From sequence record SRR9188677_85: a stretch of DNA of 20,000 nucleotides; one strand, written 5' to 3'. Below the pieces are notes generated by a model, which did no database searches, was not told the origin of the DNA, and was given only the letters and a program-made list of their open reading frames with translations. This document shows positions 15,731 through 20,000 of this stretch, one piece after another (position 1 is the first letter of the stretch; each line of letters begins with the position of its first letter). The position numbers were made by a program, and so were the translations under genes.

Positions 15731-17686
15731 ATGAACCGCTTACTTCTCTTCATACTCCTAATCCTGAGCCCGGCCGTTTTTGCTCAGGTCAAACTTGCAC
15801 GATTATTTTCCGATCACGTGGTATTGCAGCGTCAGAAACCAATACCTGTTTGGGGATGGGCGAAAGCTGGCGAAAGGGTGAAAGTAACTTTGGCTGGCCA
15901 AACATTGGAAGCAAAAGCCGCTGCTGATGGGAAATGGATGGTGAAATTTACTCCGTTAGAAGCCGGCGGACCTCATACCATGACGGTAACCGCAAAGTCG
16001 GGAAACGCTTCTGTTAACGATATTTTGATAGGAGAAGTTTGGTTATGTTCTGGTCAGTCTAACATGGAATTTGCTGTCAGTAGTGCGGACAACTATCAGG
16101 TAGAGAAAAAGAATGCCGACTTTCCTCAAATCCGGCATTTCAGGGTTGAACACAACGTAACGCTTGCTCCTAAAGAGGATTTGGAAAAAGGCGAATGGAA
16201 GGTAGCTTCTGCTGAAACGGTAGGCGGTTTCAGTGCGGTCGGCTTTTTCTTTGCACGTGAATTATATCAAAAACTGCATATTCCAATCGGCCTTTTGCAT
16301 TCGTCCTGGGGCGGTTCTCAGATCGAGGGCTGGATTAGTAAGGATGCTATGGAAACGAACGAAGAATTGAAAAGCGTAGCGCAAAATCTTCCGAAAACTT
16401 GGGAGGAAGCGGATCAAATTATGGACGCGAAATTGAGAAAACAGCTTTTCAAGAACACTTCTTATACGCCGTCAGCAGATGAAGAGAAGGCCTATACCAG
16501 CGGCTCTGCCGATTTCTCGAAATGGCAAAGTGCCGCTGATCCTCTTGGGCAGTGGGATTGGAAAGGCTTAATGGGATTTCGGGGAATGGGATATATGGCG
16601 AAAGGTGTTGAAATTCCCGCAGACGTGGTTGCAAAGGAAACGATACTTTCTCTTGCCGAAAATGATAGCAAAAATGACATTTACATCAATGGGAAACTAG
16701 TGTCTTCCGAAGCATTAAAGGGTGTCAGAAAAATAAAAATTCCTGCTAACTCATGGAAAGTCGGCATTAACCAACTAGTTATTAAAACGGGTAATATGGT
16801 AGGAGCCTCTTGGTTCGGCCCGGGAATGATGGGTAAAGCTGCGGACTTGTATATAGAAGATGGTTCTCAAAAAATAAGCTTGGCTACCGACTGGAAACTC
16901 ATGCCTGCCTTTGCCGAAAGTCATGTATATGCTCATTTGATGAACAACGTTGCTACAAGTATTTACAATGGAATGATTGTTCCGTTGATCCCATTTGCAA
17001 TCAGAGGAACACTGTGGTACCAGGGTGAAAGTAACGCGGGCAGGGCATATCAGTATCGTCAGTCGTTTCCGTTGATGATCAACAATTGGCGACAGCTATG
17101 GAATGATCCGTTTTCATTTTATTGGGTTCAACTTTCAAGTTTTGGGCCTGAAAATAACAGCAATACTGGTAGCAATTGGGCGGAGCTTAGAGAAGCCCAG
17201 GATATGACACTAAGTTTGCCTAAAACCGGAATGGCAGTTACAACAGACGTGGGCAATCCAAAAGATATTCACCCTACAAACAAGCAGGATGTAGCGCATC
17301 GACTGGCGGTTAACGCATTGAAATTGGATTATGGCCAAAATATTATCTACAGTTCACCGCTTTACGACTATGTCAAATTCGATGGTAATAAAGCAACCGT
17401 TTCATTTAAAAATGCAGAAAAGGGACTGGTTGTAAAAGATAAATATGGATATCTCAAAGGCTTTGAAATCGCGGGTGAGGATGGGAAATTCTATTTTGCC
17501 CAAGCAGAAATTGTTGGTAGCCAGGTTGTAGTTTCCAGTCCAAATGTTACGAAACCTGCCGCAGTTCGGTATGCCTGGTCTGATTCTCCGATTGATGCCA
17601 ATTTGTACAATACAGAGGGTTTACCGGCAAGTGGATTTAGGTCGGATACCTGGCCTGGGATCACGGTGAATAGTAAATTCCAGTGA
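15731..17686 (+). CDS. Sialate O-acetylesterase family protein (split SGNH/SASA domain with a beta-sandwich insert)
   Basis: Signal peptide AVFA-Q; FSDHVVLQR, GEVWLCSGQSNME, WGGSQIE, WYQGESN, WAELREAQ, DIHP, AVRYAW. Confidence 0.95.
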   Translation: MNRLLLFILLILSPAVFAQVKLARLFSDHVVLQRQKPIPVWGWAKAGERVKVTLAGQTLEAKAAADGKWMVKFTPLEAGGPHTMTVTAKSGNASVNDILIGEVWLCSGQSNMEFAVSSADNYQVEKKNADFPQIRHFRVEHNVTLAPKEDLEKGEWKVASAETVGGFSAVGFFFARELYQKLHIPIGLLHSSWGGSQIEGWISKDAMETNEELKSVAQNLPKTWEEADQIMDAKLRKQLFKNTSYTPSADEEKAYTSGSADFSKWQSAADPLGQWDWKGLMGFRGMGYMAKGVEIPADVVAKETILSLAENDSKNDIYINGKLVSSEALKGVRKIKIPANSWKVGINQLVIKTGNMVGASWFGPGMMGKAADLYIEDGSQKISLATDWKLMPAFAESHVYAHLMNNVATSIYNGMIVPLIPFAIRGTLWYQGESNAGRAYQYRQSFPLMINNWRQLWNDPFSFYWVQLSSFGPENNSNTGSNWAELREAQDMTLSLPKTGMAVTTDVGNPKDIHPTNKQDVAHRLAVNALKLDYGQNIIYSSPLYDYVKFDGNKATVSFKNAEKGLVVKDKYGYLKGFEIAGEDGKFYFAQAEIVGSQVVVSSPNVTKPAAVRYAWSDSPIDANLYNTEGLPASGFRSDTWPGITVNSKFQ

Positions 17687-17689
17687 AAA

Positions 17690-17739
17690 GCAAAGAGGTT
17701 CACGCAGAGTAGAAGAGGAAGGCGCAGAGAGCGCAAAGA
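17690..17739 (+). repeat. CGCAGAG/CGCAAAG purine-rich short repeats
   Basis: GCAAAGA at 17690, CGCAGAG at 17703 and 17723, CGCAAAG at 17732, directly after the stop codon. Confidence 0.6.
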
Positions 17740-17764
17740 CTTATTATTACCACAGCGAATCCAA

Positions 17765-17809
17765 TTCGCCGTTGACCTTTTGACCGTTCACCTTTAACCG
17801 TTTTAACCC
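17765..17809 (+). repeat. TTNRCCN heptamer tandem array
   Basis: TTCGCCG, TTGACCT, TTGACCG, TTCACCT, TTAACCG, TTAACCC: six near-tandem units before the ATG at 17823. Confidence 0.7.
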
Positions 17810-17822
17810 TTTTTGAAAACAA

Positions 17823-19958
17823 ATGTCCAAGCCCCTTATCCTCGCCGCAATAGCCTCCATCATTTTCTTCGTTGCGGCGAAAAAACTGACGCAAGACGAT
17901 AAAGAGCCCGATTATTCTGGTTGGGCAGAATATCTGGGTGGGCCGGATAGAAACCATTATTCTTCTTTGACCCAAATTAACCGTGAAAATGTGAAGAATC
18001 TGAAAGTCGCGTGGACTTATGCGACCGCGGATTCCGGGCAGATGCAGGTTAACCCGATTATTGTAGAGGGGATCCTTTATGGCGTTACGTCTACTGTTCA
18101 GGCGTTTGCGTTGGATGCCGCGACCGGGAAAGAAATCTGGCAGTTCGGCGATAAGTCGAAAAATGGATCTAATACAAGTCGCGGTCTCACTTATTGGAGT
18201 GATGGGAAAGACAAACGGATCCTGCACGCAATGGGATCTTTCTTGTATGCATTGGACGCTGCTACGGGCAAACCAATTGAAAGTTTTGGCGAAGGCGGGA
18301 AGATCGATTTGCATACTGGCTTGCCAGAAATCGCAATGGATAAGTATATGGTATCCAACACACCTGGCACCATTTTCGAAGATCTGATCATTATGCCGCT
18401 ACGCCTTTCGGAAGATTCTGATGCTGCACCCGGCGATATCAGAGCGTTCAATGTGCGTACCGGAAAATTGGAATGGACTTTCCATACCATCCCTTACCCT
18501 GGCGAATTTGGTTACGAAACTTTTCCGCCGGACGCTTACAAAAATACGTTCACTGGTGCTGCAAACAACTGGTCTGGAATGGCGATTGACCGCAAACGAG
18601 GTATGTTGTTTGTTCCAACGGGCTCTGCCGGATACGATTTTTATGGTGGAAGAAGAAAAGGACAAAACCTATTTGCGAACTGTTTACTCGCACTCGATGC
18701 AAGAACTGGTAAACGCATCTGGCACTACCAAACGATGCATCATGACATGTGGGACCGGGACTTGCCAGCTCCACCAAATTTGATAACTGTTAAGCAAAAT
18801 GGCCCCGACGGTCGGCCCCGAAGCATTGACGCCGTGGCTCAGGTGAGCAAGCAAGGCTATGTGTTTGTTTTTGACAGAGTTACCGGTAAACCTTTGTTTC
18901 CGATAAAAGAAACGCCGGCCCCACAAGACGCACTACCCGGAGAATTTCCGTGGCCGACTCAACCTGTTCCCTCTAAACCGGCTGCATTTGCGAGGCAAGC
19001 GTATATGCTGACTGAAAAGGACATCAGTCCATATGCGGATGATCACGATTCGCTGGTTATAAAGTTTAAAGGTTACAAAAAACAGCTTTTTGCCGCTCCA
19101 AGTAAGGAGGGTACAGTTATTCTGCCAGGATTTGATGGCGGCCCGGAGTGGGGTGGGGCTGCTGCTGATCCTAAGGAAGGGATTTTGTACGTCAATGCGA
19201 ACGAAATGGCGTGGATACTGACCATGAAGGATTCACCAAAGGCGAGTGAACTTTCATCATTGAGTCCGGGAGAAAAAGTATATATGACTTACTGCCCGAC
19301 CTGTCACGGACCGCAACGCAAAGGAAACGCAAAAAGTGGATACCCGTCACTTGTTGATGTCGGTGCAAGACGCGACAAGGCATTTGTCAGCACGATCATA
19401 ACGAGTGGAAAAGGCATGATGCCAGGTTTCACAATGCTGACTGCCGATGAAAAACAAGCGCTGGTTGCATTCCTTTTTGGTGAGGAAAAAGTGGAAGCCG
19501 CTTCAAATACACCTGCGTCAAAGAAGACTTATTTACCGTATCAAAGCACCGGATATAATAAATTTCTGGACAGTAAGGGATTGCCGGCAATTTCTCCTCC
19601 CTGGGGAACGCTTAATGCGATCGACTTAAATACGGGTGAATTTTTATGGAAAGTTCCATTTGGTGAAGTGCCTGAATTGAAGGCAAAAGGTGTTCCCACA
19701 ACAGGTATAGAAAACTATGGCGGACCCGTAGTAACTGCAAGTGGATTGCTTTTTATTGCTGCTTCCAAAGACGGTAAATTCAGGGTTTATGACAAGAAAA
19801 CAGGTATTCTATTATGGGAAACTATGTTGCCTGCAGCCGGTTTCGCAACGCCGTCCACTTATCAGGTGAATGGTAAGCAGTACGTTGTCATTGCTTGCGG
19901 AGGAACCAAACTGGGTACCAAAAAGGGAAATTCATATGTGGCTTTTGCGTTGCCTTAG
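17823..19958 (+). CDS. PQQ-dependent dehydrogenase (quinoprotein glucose dehydrogenase-like) with inserted c-type cytochrome
   Basis: YSSLTQINRENVKNLKVAW, repeated ALDA.TG...W propeller motifs, HHDMWDRD, PPWGTL.AIDL, YGGPVVT; haem motif CPTCH at 19293-19307 and distal GMMP. Confidence 0.93.
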   Translation: MSKPLILAAIASIIFFVAAKKLTQDDKEPDYSGWAEYLGGPDRNHYSSLTQINRENVKNLKVAWTYATADSGQMQVNPIIVEGILYGVTSTVQAFALDAATGKEIWQFGDKSKNGSNTSRGLTYWSDGKDKRILHAMGSFLYALDAATGKPIESFGEGGKIDLHTGLPEIAMDKYMVSNTPGTIFEDLIIMPLRLSEDSDAAPGDIRAFNVRTGKLEWTFHTIPYPGEFGYETFPPDAYKNTFTGAANNWSGMAIDRKRGMLFVPTGSAGYDFYGGRRKGQNLFANCLLALDARTGKRIWHYQTMHHDMWDRDLPAPPNLITVKQNGPDGRPRSIDAVAQVSKQGYVFVFDRVTGKPLFPIKETPAPQDALPGEFPWPTQPVPSKPAAFARQAYMLTEKDISPYADDHDSLVIKFKGYKKQLFAAPSKEGTVILPGFDGGPEWGGAAADPKEGILYVNANEMAWILTMKDSPKASELSSLSPGEKVYMTYCPTCHGPQRKGNAKSGYPSLVDVGARRDKAFVSTIITSGKGMMPGFTMLTADEKQALVAFLFGEEKVEAASNTPASKKTYLPYQSTGYNKFLDSKGLPAISPPWGTLNAIDLNTGEFLWKVPFGEVPELKAKGVPTTGIENYGGPVVTASGLLFIAASKDGKFRVYDKKTGILLWETMLPAAGFATPSTYQVNGKQYVVIACGGTKLGTKKGNSYVAFALP

Positions 19959-19960
19959 TG

Positions 19961-20000
19961 AGGAGTTAGGGGAGTTAAGAAGTTAGAGGAGTTAAGGAGT
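19961..20000 (+). repeat. Second AGTTA tandem array, running off the window end
   Basis: GTTA at 19965, 19974, 19982 and 19991 with 9/8/9 spacing, right after the stop codon. Confidence 0.85.

Noticed and set aside
17700..18314. 204-aa minus-strand ORF and other shadow ORFs (e.g. 919-1269, 1079-1498, 2236-2622, 3579-4067, 4516-4983, 6822-7274)
   Set aside because: Antisense or off-frame to well-supported genes and lacking protein motifs.
1..20000. Mobile element, prophage or defence island
   Set aside because: No transposase, integrase, phage or known defence genes apart from the TA pair; no terminal inverted repeats found.

Overview
Chromosomal window from a Bacteroidota genome, most likely Cytophagales (Dyadobacter/Spirosoma-like; inferred from gene content, TAnnTTTG-like promoter boxes and Gln at +1 after signal peptides). 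It holds about 23 genes and no recognisable tRNA, rRNA, CRISPR array or transposase. In order: the 3' part of an ECF sigma factor; an SDR with its TetR repressor and three palindromic operators; a secreted low-complexity protein; rlmF overlapped by an orphan antitoxin-like gene; a DinB gene; a protealysin-like M4 protease with an emfourin-like inhibitor; an MFS-VOC-DinB-DinB-SDR-DHFR-like cluster; a small hypothetical; an amidohydrolase; yjbQ; a Tat-exported GH5; an antitoxin/PIN toxin pair; a sialate O-acetylesterase; and a PQQ dehydrogenase with an inserted cytochrome c. Main signals not explained by the ORF track: (1) three copies of a bipartite ECF-like promoter motif YGTCCRGAT-N11-GAYTGTCT in the MFS-to-DHFR cluster, where one DinB and the SDR lack canonical catalytic residues; (2) the PIN toxin reading frame continues past a single in-frame TGA into its conserved C-terminal motif; (3) several families of short degenerate intergenic tandem repeats; (4) a recurrent YGGCGGNCC oligomer.
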